From positions 16,864,001 through 16,928,000 of the forward strand of contig OZ024756.1 of assembly GCA_964016885.1 (NCBI GenBank): a stretch of 64,000 nucleotides of DNA, in the 5' to 3' direction. This document shows, piece after piece, positions 23,510 through 36,570 of this stretch (its first letter is position 1; every line of letters begins with the position of its first letter). A program made the position numbers and the translations under genes. This DNA is from Eledone cirrhosa. Taxonomy: Eukaryota. The notes under the pieces are model-generated. The model was not told the DNA's origin, ran no database searches, and was given only the letters and a program-made list of their open reading frames with translations.

Positions 23510-26500
23510 ATGACTGAAACCAGTAAAAGAAGGCAGTGCCCCAGCATGGCCAGTCAAATGACTGAAACCAGTAAAAGAAGACAGTGCCCCAGCATGGCCA
23601 CAGTCAAATGACTGAAACCAGTAAAAGAAGACAGTGCCCCAGCATGGCCACAGTCAAATGACTGAAACCAGTAAAAGAAGACAGTGCCCCAGCATGGCCA
23701 CAGTCAAATGACTGAAACCAATAACAAAAGACACTGCCCCAGCATTGCCACAGTCAAATGACTGAAACCAGTAAAAGAAGACAGTGCCCCAGCATGGCCA
23801 CAGTCAAATGACTGAAACCAGTAAAAGAAGACAGTGCCCCAGCATGGCCACAGTCAAATGACTGAAACCAGTAAAAGAAGACAGTGCCCCAGCATGGCCA
23901 CAGTCAAATGACTGAAACCAGTAAAAGAAGACAGTGTCCCAGCATGGCCACAGTCAAATGACTGAAACCAGTAACAGAAGACAGTGTCCCAACATGGCCA
24001 CAGTCTAATGGCTGAAACCAGTAAAAGAAGGCAGTACCCCAGCATGGCCACAGTCAAATGACTGAAACCAGTAAAAGAAGGCAGTGCCCCAGCATGGCCA
24101 CAGTCAAATGACTGAAACCAGTAAAAGAAGACAGTGCCCCAGCATGGCCACAGTCAAATGATTGAAACCAGTAACAGAAGACAGTGTCCCAGCATGGCCA
24201 CAGTCAAATGACTGAAACCAGTAACAGAAGACAGTGTCCCAGCATGGCCACAGTCAAATGACTGAAACCAGTAAAAGAAGACAGTGCCCCAGCATGGCCA
24301 CAGTCAAATGACTGAAACCAGTAAAAGAAGACAGTGCCCCAGCATGGCCACAGTCAAATGACTGAAACCAGTAAAAGAAGACAGTGTCCCAGCATGGCCA
24401 CAGTCAAATGACTGAAACCAGTAAAAGAAGACAGTGCCCCAGCATGGCCACAGTCAAATGATTGAAACCAGTAACAGAAGACAGTGTCCCAGCATGGCCA
24501 CAGTCAAATGACTGAAACCAGTAACAGAAGACAGTGTCCCAGCATGGCCACAGTCAAATGACTGAAACCAGTAACAGAAGACAGTGTCCCAGCATGGCCA
24601 CAGTCAAATGACTGAAACCAGTAAAAGAAGACAGTGCCCCAGCATGGCCACAGTCAAATGACTGAAACCAGTAAAAGAAGACAGTGCCCCAGCATGGCCA
24701 CAGTCAAATGACTGAAACCAGTAAAAGAAGACAGTGTCCCAGCATGGCCACAGTCAAATGACTGAAACCAGTAACAGAAGACAGTGTCCCAGCATGGCCA
24801 CAGTCTAATGGCTGAAACCAATAACAAAAGACAGTGGCCCAGCATAGCCACAGTCAAATGACTGAAACCAATAACAAAAGACAGTGTCCCAGCATGGCCA
24901 CAGTCAAATGACTGAAACCAGTAACAGAAGACAGTGTCCCAGCATGGCCACAGTCAAATGACTGAAACCAGTAAAAGAAGGCAGTGCCCCAGCATGGCCA
25001 CAGTCAAATGACTGAAACCAGTAAAAGAAGACAGTGCCCCAGCATGGCCACAGTCAAATGATTGAAACCAGTAACAGAAGACAGTGTCCCAGCATGGCCA
25101 CAGTCAAATGACTGAAACCAGTAACAGAAGACAGTGCCCCAGCATGGCCACAGTCAAATGACTGAAACCAGTAAAAGAAGGCAGTGCCCCAGCATGGCCA
25201 CAGTCAAATGACTGAAACCAGTAAAAGAAGACAGTGCCCCAGCATGGCCACAGTCAAATGACTGAAACCAGTAAAAGAAGACAGTGCCCCAGCATGGCCA
25301 CAGTCAAATGACTGAAACCAGTAAAAGAAGACAGTGCCCCAGCATGGCCACAGTCAAATGACTGAAACCAGTAAAAGAAGACAGTGCCCCAGCATGGCCA
25401 CAGTGAAATGACTGAAACCAGTAAAAGAAGACAGTGCCCCAGCATGGCCACAGTCAAATGACTGAAACCAGTAAAAGAAGACAGTGCCCCAGCATGGCCA
25501 CAGGCAAATGACTGAAACCAGTAAAAGAAGACGGTGCTCCAGCATGGCCACAGTCAAATGACTGAAACCAGTAAAAGAAGGCAGTGCCCCAGCATGGCCA
25601 CAGGCAAATGACTGAAACCAGTAAAAGAAGACAGTGCCCCAGCATGGCCACAGTCAAATGACTGAAACCAGTAAAAGAAGAGAGTGCCCCAGCATGGCCA
25701 CAGTCAAATGACTGAAACCAGTAACAGAAGACAGTGTCCCAGCATGGCCACAGTCAAATGACTGAAACCAGTAACAGAAGACAGTGTCCCAGCATGGCCA
25801 CAGTCAAATGACTGAAACCAGTAACAGAAGACAGTGTCCCAGCATGGCCACAGTCAAATGACTGAAACCAGTAAAAGAAGACAGTGCCCCAGCATGGCCA
25901 CAGTCAAATGACTGAAACCAGTAAAAGAAGACAGTGCCCCAGCATGGCCACAGTCAAATGACTGAAACCAGTAAAAGAAGACAGTGTCCCAGCATGGCCA
26001 CAGTCAAATGACTGAAACCAGTAACAGAAGACAGTGTCCCAGCATGGCCACAGTCTAATGGCTGAAACCAATAACAAAAGACAGTGGCCCAGCATAGCCA
26101 CAGTCAAATGACTGAAACCAATAACAAAAGACAGTGTCCCAGCATGGCCACAGTCAAATGACTGAAACCAGTAACAGAAGACAGTGTCCCAGCATGGCCA
26201 CAGTCAAATGACTGAAACCAGTAAAAGAAGGCAGTGCCCCAGCATGGCCACAGTCAAATGACTGAAACCAGTAAAAGAAGACAGTGCCCCAGCATGGCCA
26301 CAGTCAAATGATTGAAACCAGTAACAGAAGACAGTGTCCCAGCATGGCCACAGTCAAATGACTGAAACCAGTAACAGAAGACAGTGCCCCAGCATGGCCA
26401 CAGTCAAATGACTGAAACCAGTAAAAGAAGGCAGTGCCCCAGCATGGCCACAGTCAAATGACTGAAACCAGTAAAAGAAGACAGTGCCCCAGCATGGCCA

Positions 26501-28430
26501 CAGTCAAATGACTGAAACCAGTAAAAGAAGACAGTGCCCCAGCATGGCCACAGTCAAATGACTGAAACCAGTAAAAGAAGACAGTGCCCCAGCATGGCCA
26601 CAGTCAAATGACTGAAACCAGTAAAAGAAGACAGTGCCCCAGCATGGCCACAGTGAAATGACTGAAACCAGTAAAAGAAGACAGTGCCCCAGCATGGCCA
26701 CAGTCTAATGACTGAAACCAGTAAAAGAAGACAGTGCCCTAGCATGGCCACAGTCTAATGACTGAAACCAGTAAAAGAAGACAGTGCCCTAGCATGGCCA
26801 CAGTCTAATGACTGAAACCAGTAAAAGAAGGCAGTGCCCCAGCATGGCCAGAGTCAAATGACTGAAACCAGTAAAAGAAGACAGTGCCCCAGCATGGCCA
26901 CAGTCAAATGACTGAAACCAGTAAAAGAAGACAGTGCCCCAGCATGGCCACAGGCAAATGACTGAAACCAGTAAAAGAAGACGGTGCTCCAGCATGGCCA
27001 CAGTCAAATGACTGAAACCAGTAAAAGAAGGCAGTGCCCCAGCATGGCCACAGGCAAATGACTGAAACCAGTAAAAGAAGACAGTGCCCCAGCATGGCCA
27101 CAGTCAAATGACTGAAACCAGTAAAAGAAGAGAGTGCCCCAGCATGGCCACAGTCAAATGACTGAAACCAGTAAAAGAAGACAGTGCCCCAGCATGGCCA
27201 CAGTCAAATGACTGAAACCAGTAAAAGAAGACAGTGCCCCCACATGGCCACAGTCAAATGACTGAAACCAGTAAAAGAAGACAGTGCCCCAGCATGGCCA
27301 CAGTCAAATGACTGAAACCAGTAAAAGAAGACAGTGCCCCAGCATGGCCACAGTCAAATGACTGAAACCAGTAAAAGAAGACAGTGCCCCAGCATGGCCA
27401 CAGTCAAATGACTGAAACCAGTAAAAGAAGACAGTGCCCCAGCATGGCCACAGTCAAATGACTGAAACCAGTAAAAGAAGACAGTGCCCCAGCATGGCCA
27501 CAGTCAAATGACTGAAACCAGTAAAAGAAGACAGTGCCCCAGCATGGCCACAGTCAAATGACTGAAACCAGTAAAAGAAGACAGTGCCCCAGCATGGCCA
27601 CAGTCAAATGACTGAAACCAGTAAAAGAAGACAGTGCCCCAGCATGGCCACAGTCAAATGACTGAAACCAGTAAAAGAAGACAGTGCCCCAGCATGGCCA
27701 CAGTCAAATGACTGAAACCAGTAAAAGAAGACAGTGCCCCAGCATGGCCACAGTCAAATGACTGAAACCAGTAAAAGAAGACAGTGCCCCAGCATGGCCA
27801 CAGTCAAATGACTGAAACCAGTAAAAGAAGACAGTGCCCCAGCATGGCCACAGTCAAATGACTGAAACCAGTAAAAGAAGACAGTGCCCCAGCATGGCCA
27901 CAGTCAAATGACTGAAACCAGTAAAAGAAGACAGTGCCCCAGCATGGCCACAGTCAAATGACTGAAACCAGTAAAAGAAGACAGTGCCCCAGCATGGCCA
28001 CAGTCAAATGACTGAAACCAATAACAAAAGACAATGCCCCAGCATGGCCACAGTCAAATGACTGAAACCAATAACAAAAGACAGTGCCCCAGCATGGCCA
28101 CAGTCAAATGACTGAAACCAATAACAAAAGGCAGTGCCCCAGCATGGCCACAGTCTAATGACTGAAACCAGTAAAAGAAGGCAGTGCCCCAGCATGGCCA
28201 CAGTCAAATGACTGAAACCAATAACAAAAGGCAGTGCCCCAGCATGGCCACAGTCTAATGACTGAAACCAGTAAAAGAAGGCAGTGCCCCAGCATGGCCA
28301 CAGTCAAATGACTGAAACCAATAACAAAAGACAATGCCCCAGCATGGCCACAGTCAAATGACTGAAACCAATAACAAAAGACAGTGCCCCAGTATGGCCA
28401 CAGTCTAATGACTGAAACCAGTAAAAGAAT
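23510..28430. repeat. 50-bp minisatellite, about 98 copies, with higher-order duplication
   Basis: Unit ATGACTGAAACCAGTAAAAGAAGACAGTGCCCCAGCATGGCCACAGTCAA; diagnostic variants recur at 1250-bp and 1450-bp spacing. Confidence 0.97.
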
Positions 28431-28773
28431 ATTAAAGAAGACTCCACCATCTTCAGAACGAAGTAGTAGAGAGTGACAGAAGCAATTGTAAAGTTTCCTA
28501 TTTAAAGTAATATTAAATCTTTCACACATGTTTGAATTTGTAAACCATTAATCTACAAATATAGATGGCCATACAGACATTAATTGGTGTCGCTGTGCTG
28601 AAGCTAGTGTATATAGAAGTGTGTAGCTTGTGTATACAGATGTATGTAGCTTGTGTATATGTAAATATATATGTCTATAGATGTGAATATGTAAATATAT
28701 TTGTCTATCTATATGTGTATGTAAATTTGTGTGTATGTGAATGTGAATATGCACACACACACTATATATATAT

Positions 28774-28819
<46 letters not shown>

Positions 28820-28866
28820 GTCTGTCCATGGTGTAAACATATGTGTAGGGTTTTAATATGTAAATA

Positions 28867-28952
<86 letters not shown>

Positions 28953-29132
28953 CATGTGAGTATGTAACTGCAAATGTATGTGAATGACCACCATTTTAAG
29001 TTAGCCTTTCAATGCTTCCATCAGATGGACAATGTGTAAACATCTATATATAATATGTGTTCTAATCATACATATACTTATATGTACTATAAATATACAT
29101 ATACCTATATAAATATATATATATATATCTAC

Positions 29133-29163
<31 letters not shown>

Positions 29164-29164
29164 C

Positions 29165-29215
<51 letters not shown>

Positions 29216-29228
29216 TACATATACACAC

Positions 29229-29279
<51 letters not shown>

Positions 29280-29994
29280 CATATATATACATTTACATAT
29301 ATATATATACATTTACCTATGTGAATATATATATATATATACATTTACCTATGTAAACATCTATATACATACACCTATGTGAATATGTATATATACATAC
29401 ACCATATGTGCTATAAACATATACAATACACCTACAAGTGTTATACACATTCTTAAAAACTAAATAATATAAAGACACCAAGCAGTTGCCTGATAATTAA
29501 ATACACAATCCAAGAAATGGTGCGACACTTAAAAAAAAATATATGTACAGATCTTGGATATAATTTCCTTAAAGTAATATTCACAATGTAGTCACATTAT
29601 ATTCACAATGTATTCACACACAGTGTTCACAAAGCATATATAATACCTTATTATGTTTGGTTTATTGTAGAAAGGCAACAAACTAAAACCAAAATATAAC
29701 ATTATCGAATATTAAACTATGAATCTAGAAAGACACCAAATGATTTAGGGAAACCTGTCAGATATATAATATTGATTTATTTCCACTATTCTAACAAGAT
29801 CGATATTTTTTATACAGAAGGAAGGTAGTCAACTGGATGTGTGTGTGTATATATATTAGAATGGAAGCAGTAAAAACCATTACTCACCAGAGTACTTGAT
29901 ACTTGGGATAGAGTTCGGATCTAGCTATTGAAACGGCAGGAGCTCATCCGTTGGGGTCCTGAATTTTCCATATACATATATATATATGCTGGAA

Positions 29995-30255
29995 AGTGGT
30001 TGGTGACAGGAAGGGAATCTAGCCATAGAAAGCTTGCCAAATAAAAGGTTAAGAGAACCCTCAGTTGTGTCAAAGACATGACAATCTCTCCTGTGCTGGT
30101 GCACTCAGTGGAACGTGAAACTGTATATAAGCGAGATGCACATCCCTGGCCTGTCCAGGAGATCAGCAACCCCACTTCAGTACTGACTTGGTCTATGTAG
30201 ACCTGTCCAACACTTCTTAACAGGAAAAGTGGACATTAAAACGATGATGATGATG
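29995..30255 (+). mobile_element. Old RTE-tail-like element (related copies at about 4895-5045, 21795-21950, 34940-35500)
   Basis: AGGAAGGG..ATC..GCCATAGAAAG...TACTGACTTGGTCT...AAAAGTGGACATTAAAACGATGATG. Confidence 0.55.
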
Positions 30256-30279
30256 GTGACCCAAGAAATATTAGCCAGC

Positions 30280-30960
30280 CAGTCATACTGCCATCAAGCT
30301 TCATGGGAGAACCACGTTACATGCATGAAGATATCAAAATACAATGGCCTATGTCAGAAAATTTGGTTGGCCGGATCTCTTCATTACATTTACATGCAAC
30401 TCAATCTGGACAACAATATCAAATGAATTATTTCAAAATCTAAAACCAAAGGATCGACATCACCTCAGGGCTCTGGTTTTCCATGAAAGCCAAAAAAAAA
30501 AAAAAAATCCTCTGGCTCCTCAAAGAAGGAAGAATCTTTGGTGAGCTTATTGCCTTGATGACTCCTATTGAATGGCAGATTTGCCATTTGAATTTCAAAG
30601 GCTTCAATTTCCTATCAGACTCAGTTTTGCCATGACCATCAATAAATGTGAAGGGCAATGACAAAGTCATTGGGTTGAACCTGGCAAAGCCTGTCTTGTC
30701 ACATGATTCACTTTATGTTGGTACAACAAGGGTTGGAAACCCTGATTGTCTCTTCATTATAGCACCACAGGGCAAAACCAAGAATGTTGTTTATCCAGAG
30801 GCTTTGGAATGACCAATATCGTAATTCCTCATTCAATGACAATACACACAGATCCTAATTCCTTAGTCATATAGTTTGTAAGGAGTTCTGAAATCATAAC
30901 TTTACTGCATAGCGTTACTTTTGAAGAATATACAGACATTCCTGGGTACCCCTGCTATAT
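30280..30960 (+). pseudogene. Internally deleted Helitron RepHel remnant
   Basis: LPSSFMGEPRYMHE...MAYVRKFGWPDLFITFTCN (Rep motif) followed by LPFEFQRLQFPIRLSFAMTINK..LYVGTTRVG..KTKNVVYPEALE* (Pif1-like helicase C-terminus); frameshifts and stops. Confidence 0.85.
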
Positions 30961-31138
30961 AAAGTATTATAAGTGAGATCCTTGTACGGTAGCTAGCTAC
31001 AGCTGTTAGAAATAGCAGCCAAATTTCAATCAAATCCCACCCTACTGTCTCATGTATGAAGCAAAAAGGAAAGGTTCTATGTGATACCTTGATTTACTAG
31101 AAATATTAGCAAAATTCTCTTCAAATCACAGCCAACTG

Positions 31139-31181
<43 letters not shown>

Positions 31182-31590
31182 TGTGTGTGTGTATGTCATG
31201 TGAGCCACTATAACTGTTGGTATATCTAATAGAAATGGGAAACAAATCTCCCTCAAACTCAATCCTACTGCCTTTAAAGCAAAGGTGGATGAAAGCTACA
31301 GTATAAAAATTTAAATACATGTTTCTGAATTACAGAAACGAGGAAGTAAATACCTCGTAATAGTTCATTCAGGAGCCAATGCTAATTTTATTTTATTTAT
31401 AGTTTTCAAAATAGCCTTCAGCTGATTTTTCTTTCTTTTTTTTTAATTTTTATTTCAGAGTTTCTGATAGTGCAAAAATGAAAAAGAAGAAAAAAAAAAA
31501 AAAAATCTAAATGTATTTTTTGGTCATGCCCTTTTCACTGACAACATACCTAATGATTTATCATTGGTTTATATATAGGTATATGTATAT

Positions 31591-33451
31591 ATCATCATCA
31601 TCATCATCGTTTTACGTCCGTTCTTCCACGCTAGCATGGGTTAGACGGGTTGTCCTGTTGTGGGCAGTGTCTGGTCGGCTGACCATGCCTTGCTCATACA
31701 GGAACTGATCTGGCTTGATTTCTACAGCTGGATGCCCTTCCTAACACCAACCTCATTTACAGTGAGTGCTGGGTGCTTTTTCGTGGCGCCTACACGTCCA
31801 CTTTACAGTGTGGGCTGGGTGCTTTTTTGCCGTGGCACCTCCACGACCACCTTGCGGTGGGGGGGATTGGGGGCATATTGTTTATATGCTTCAGCATGTA
31901 CCCATGGGAGGTCGGGTACCCTGTATTACTGCGTGACGCCAGAAGTCACGGTCGTGTGTCATTGTCTTTGAGAGGTGTAGTTGGGTAAGGTCGGCTTTTA
32001 TCACCTCATTCCAAGTCATCTTGGGTCTCCCCACTCCGCGGTTTCCATCAACTTCTAGTGCTCTGCACCTTTTTATGCAGCTGTCATCCTTCATACGCAT
32101 CACATGTCCATACCAGCGTAACCGCCTCTCCTGCACGCAGCATTTGATTCCTCTTATGCTCAGTCTCTCTCTCAATTCCTTTATGCTTTGTCGTTCACGT
32201 ATATTACTGTTACACATCCATCGGAGCATGCAGGCTTCGTTTCTCTCTAATCTACGTAAGTCTTCCACCTTCAGCGCCCAGGTCTCACTACCATGCAACA
32301 TCGCTGTTCGGATACACGCATCATACAGTCTGCCTTTCATTCTGAGGGAGAAGCCTTTTGCAGCTAGCAGTGGTAGTAGTTCCCTAAACTTCTTCCATCC
32401 CGTTCTTACCCTAGTTATTGTACTTTCTGAGCACCCACCTCCGTTGCTAATTCGGTCACCTAGGTAGCAGAAGCTGTCTACTGTTTCTACAGGGCCCTCC
32501 CAGAGATTGGTGGTACTTGTTTCCTGTGGCTGCTTGCTTGCTGTTTCAGCACAGCTGCTGCATGTGAATCCTACATTCTTAATTAAGCTTCCTGAGATCC
32601 CGCTACATCTCTTGTGTACCCATTGTTTGCATTTGGGGCAGAGAATGGAGTTCCTACCTACACCTTTCCTACATACTGAGCAAGGCCATTTCCCTGAGGG
32701 GATCTGGGTTCTGTTTTCTCGTCTACTTACAAGGACCTTAGTCTTTGTCATGTTGACTTTGAGGCCCTTTCTCTCTAGTCCCTGCTTCCAGGTTTGGAAT
32801 TTATTCTCTAGTTCTACCATAGATTCAGCTATGAGTGCGAGGTCATCAGCATACAGGAGTTCCCATGGGCATCCGGTCTTAAACTCCTCAGTTATTGCCT
32901 GCAGGACTATGATGAACAGGAGAGGGCTAAGAACAGAGCCCTGGTGGACCCCAACCTGTACGCTAAATTCCTCGTTATACTCATTGCTAATCCTAACTTT
33001 GCTGACTGCTCCCCTATACATGGCTTGTACCGCTTTCACAAGCCATTCATCTACTCCTAGTTTTCTAAGAGCCCACCAGATTACTGCACGTGGAACTCTG
33101 TCAAAGGCTTTCTCAAGGTCGACAAATGCCAAGTAGAGTGGCTTACTTTTAGCTAGGTACTTTTCCTGTAATTGCCTCACAAGGAAGAGGGCATCAGTGG
33201 TGCCTCTCCCTGGTACAAACCCAAATTGCATCTCGTCTATATTCACCCGGTCCCTAATCAGCTGTGCTATAACTCTTTCTGTTACTTTCATGACCTGGTC
33301 CATCAACTTTATACCTCTATAGTTTCCTCTATCTAGTGCATCGCCTTTACCTTTGTAGCAGTTGACAATGATGCTACTGCACCAATCTTTTGGTATGGCC
33401 CCTTCTAGTATTACCTGGTTAACGATACGTGTGGTTATAGTGTGACCTACA
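31591..33451 (-). mobile_element. 5'-truncated RTE-1 LINE with an open RT reading frame (stop at 31891)
   Basis: NYRGIKL, QFGF, FVDLEKAFDRV, GVHQGSVLSP, YADD, YLG, RLRWYGHV; PHD-like Cys cluster after the YADD region; (GAT)n tail at 31591. Confidence 0.93.
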
Positions 33452-33454
33452 TGG

Positions 33455-33773
33455 TGAAGCATATAAACAATATGTACCCCCCCCCCCCCTCCCCACGCCC
33501 CCACCGCAAGGTGGTCGTGGAGGTGCCACGGCAAAAAAGCACCCAGCCCACACTGTAAAGTGGACGTGTAGGCGCCACGAAAAAGCACCCAGCACTCACT
33601 GTAAATGAGGTTGGTGTTAGGCAGGGCATCCAGCTGTAGAAATCAAGCCAGATCAGTTCCTGTATGAGCAAGGCATGGTCAGCCGACCAGACACTGCACA
33701 CAACAGGACAACCCGTCTAACCCATGCTAGCGTGGAAGAACGGACGTAAAACGGTGATGATGATGATGATGAT
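33455..33773 (+). mobile_element. RTE-1 3'UTR/tail fused head-to-head to the long copy
   Basis: Reverse complement of about 31591-31893. Confidence 0.9.
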
Positions 33774-33797
33774 ATATGTCATATATATATACATACA

Positions 33798-33835
<38 letters not shown>

Positions 33836-33894
33836 CATATATGTATATATATATATATATATATCATATATATGTCATATATATATATACATAC

Positions 33895-33912
33895 ATATAA
33901 CTTTGAATAACT
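33895..33912 (-). mobile_element. About 18-bp extreme 3' tip of CR1a inside a microsatellite
   Basis: TATAACTTTGAATAACTT is the reverse complement of AAGTTATTCAAAGTTATA, the CR1a terminus. Confidence 0.6.
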
Positions 33913-34010
33913 TATACATATGTCATATATATATACATACATACATATGTCATATACACATATACATACATACATATGTCATATATACATATACATATAT
34001 ACATGTCATA

Positions 34011-34042
<32 letters not shown>

Positions 34043-34116
34043 CATCATATATATGCATACATATATACATACAGATATATGTCATATATATATACATATA
34101 TATACATATATATATT

Positions 34117-34241
34117 TTTTTTTATTTTATAGAAGGAGCTTCTACAGGACTAGTACTGTTTCATTCAGATGAAATCTTCAAGATTTCATCTGACTGAAAC
34201 AGTACTAGTCCTGTAGAAGCTCCTTCTATAAAATAAAAAAA
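34117..34241. repeat. Palindrome with arms of about 60 bp and a hammerhead-like core at its centre
   Basis: TTTTATAGAAGGAGCTTCTACAGGACTAGTACTGTTTCA...TGAAACAGTACTAGTCCTGTAGAAGCTCCTTCTATAAAA. Confidence 0.85.
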
Positions 34242-34313
34242 TTTTACTCTGCCATGTATTGAGTACCTTACTTACTGTGGTTATCCCCGACTCAACCCGG
34301 GACCTACGTATAC

Positions 34314-34345
<32 letters not shown>

Positions 34346-34649
34346 GTATATATACATACATACACACACACAGATTTATTTAGCAGGCAAGAACTGCTAT
34401 TACAATGGCTGATGTTGGGAAAGAGAGGAGAGAGAAACACAGCTGTTATGGTAAATGATGTAACCAATAGCAACAATAACTATGTTACCTAAACATGTGG
34501 TTCACTGATGATGATGACAACAATGAAGACAACATTGATAATGGTGACCATGATGATGATGATGATGATAACTATAATGACAATGATGATGATGGCAATG
34601 ATGATGATAAGGATGGTGATAATGATGATGATGATGGCAATGATGGTGA

Positions 34650-34834
34650 TAATTGTTTCTACTTTTGGCCAGCAATTATCCCAGTGCATTACTGGTACTT
34701 TATTTCATCGACCCCGTAAGGATGAAAGGCAAAGTTAACCTCGGCGGGATTTGAACTCAGATCATAAAGGGAGGTAAGTCTATGCTTCAAAGCATGGCGC
34801 CCGACCCTCTACCGATACTGCCAGTCCACCGCCC
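34650..34834 (-). mobile_element. SINE family A in a (GAT/AAT)n tract
   Basis: Full copy flanked by TGATAAT on both sides. Confidence 0.85.
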
Positions 34835-34974
34835 TGATGATAATGACAACAATGATGGCAATCGTTATAAAAAGGTGGTGGAAAATAATGAGAAGGAGAA
34901 GGCTGTGGGGATGGAGGTAGGGGTGGATGTCAACATCACACACTGTAAAGTCGGTGTTAGGAAGGGCACCCATC

Positions 34975-35315
34975 TATAGAAAGGTTGCCAAACAAAGGGT
35001 TGGAAGGACCCTTTAGTTGTGTCAAGGACATGACAACTTCCCTAGGGCTGGTGATTGACACAATAAAAGCACGCAGTACATGCTGTGATGTCATTAGTGT
35101 TAGGAAGGTCGTCCAGTCATAGAAAGGTTGCCAAACAAAGGGTTGGAAGGACCCTTTAGTTGTGTCAAGGACATGACAACTTCCCTAGGGCTGGTGATCG
35201 ACACAATAAAAGCACGCAGTACTTGCTGTGATGTCATTGGTGTTAGGAAGGTCGTCCAGTCATAGAAAGGTTGCCAAACAAAGGGTTGGAAGGACCCTTC
35301 AGTTTGTGTCAAAAG
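34975..35315. repeat. 143-bp tandem repeat (about 2.4 copies) inside an RTE-tail-like element
   Basis: ATAGAAAGGTTGCCAAACAAAGGGTTGGAAGGACCC occurs at about 34976, 35119 and 35261. Confidence 0.85.
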
Positions 35316-35530
35316 ACACAACAACTTCTCTGCTGCACTCAATATGACCGTATGACCATATGTAAGCAGGATGCAGACTCTTTGGCCTGTCTGCAATGTC
35401 AATAACACCGCTTCAATACTGACTTGGTCTTTGTAGACCCATTCAACTCTTGCTAACAGAGTAAGCGGATGTAAAATGACGATGATGATGATGATGATGA
35501 TTAAGTATTCAAGTTTGCTATATGATATCT

Positions 35531-36207
35531 ATCTGGCAACTGACTTGGTAAACACTCACAAAATTATTAACCATCTTGCCAACAACAACCCTGAGTACCT
35601 TTTTGAATTCCATGTCTCTAACACCCATGGACATACCTACAAAGTCAGAAAACAGCACAGTTCCCATGACTTTCGGAAACATTTTTTCATGCTCAGAGTT
35701 GCTGAAGCATGGAACAAACTACCCGCATCAGTTATTAGCTGCCGGGACACTGCATCCTTTAAAACCTCCATGCTTCCTGAGATTCACCAACACTACACCT
35801 GATGTCCCTCCCTCCATACACACACACACATGTATATCATGACTCTTACACTGTTCACTGACATTTGTACATTATAAAGTACCAGTAATACACTGGGGTA
35901 ATTACTGGCCTTGTGCCAAAAGTAGAAACAATTAAGGGCGGTGGATTGGCAGTATCGGTAGAGGGTCGGACGCCATGCTTTGCAGCAAAGAGTTACGGCC
36001 CTTTATGGTTTGAGTTCAAATCCCGCCAAGGTTAACTTTGCCTTCATCCTTATGGGGTCGATAAAATAAAGTACCAGTAATACACTGGGATAATTGCTGG
36101 CCTTGTGCCAAAAGTAGAAGCAATTATTCTATGTACTATACCTGTACCGTTGATGAGTTGTAGTGCACCTGAACACTGTACACAATAATTTCATTATTAT
36201 TATTATT
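35531..36207 (+). mobile_element. CR1b 3' fragment interrupted by two SINE A pieces (35875-36128)
   Basis: LATDLVNTHKII...RVAEAWNKLP; the 3'UTR resumes at TCTATGTACTATA after the SINEs. Confidence 0.85.
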
Positions 36208-36570
36208 GTCTATTAAATATGATATTAAGGTACCCCAGTACCCACACATGTCTATTAAGGTACCCCAGTACCCACGCATGTCTATTAAGGTACCCCAGTA
36301 CCCACGCATGTCTATTAAGGTACCCAGTACCCACACATGTCTATTAAGGTACCCCAGTACCCACGCATGTCTATTAAGGTACCCCAGTACCCACACATGT
36401 CTATTAAGAGACCCCAGTACCCACATATGTCTATTAAGGTACTCCAGTACCCACACATGTCTATTAAGGTACCCCAGTCCCCACCCATGTCTATTAAGGT
36501 ACCCCAGTACCCACACATGTCTATTAAGGTATATCTATTAAGGTACCCCAGTCCCCACCCATGTCTATCT
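36207..36570. repeat. 30-bp minisatellite
   Basis: GTCTATTAAGGTACCCCAGTACCCACACAT, about 11 copies. Confidence 0.93.

Noticed and set aside
23510-28430. CRISPR-like regular array, or tandem hammerhead array (hairpin followed by GAAAC..GTA)
   Set aside because: No unique spacers and no cas genes; no CUGANGA core upstream of the hairpin.
29881-29965. Minus-strand exon (CAG...G|GTGAGTA)
   Set aside because: Stops in all three frames and a poor polypyrimidine tract; more likely a repeat fragment.
33452-33588. N-terminal about 46 aa of the 565-aa RTE ORF
   Set aside because: Antisense read-through of the inverted 3'UTR copy, not part of the RT protein.
34495-34738. Asp/Asn-rich or Met-rich ORFs
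   Set aside because: (GAT)n microsatellite running into a SINE.
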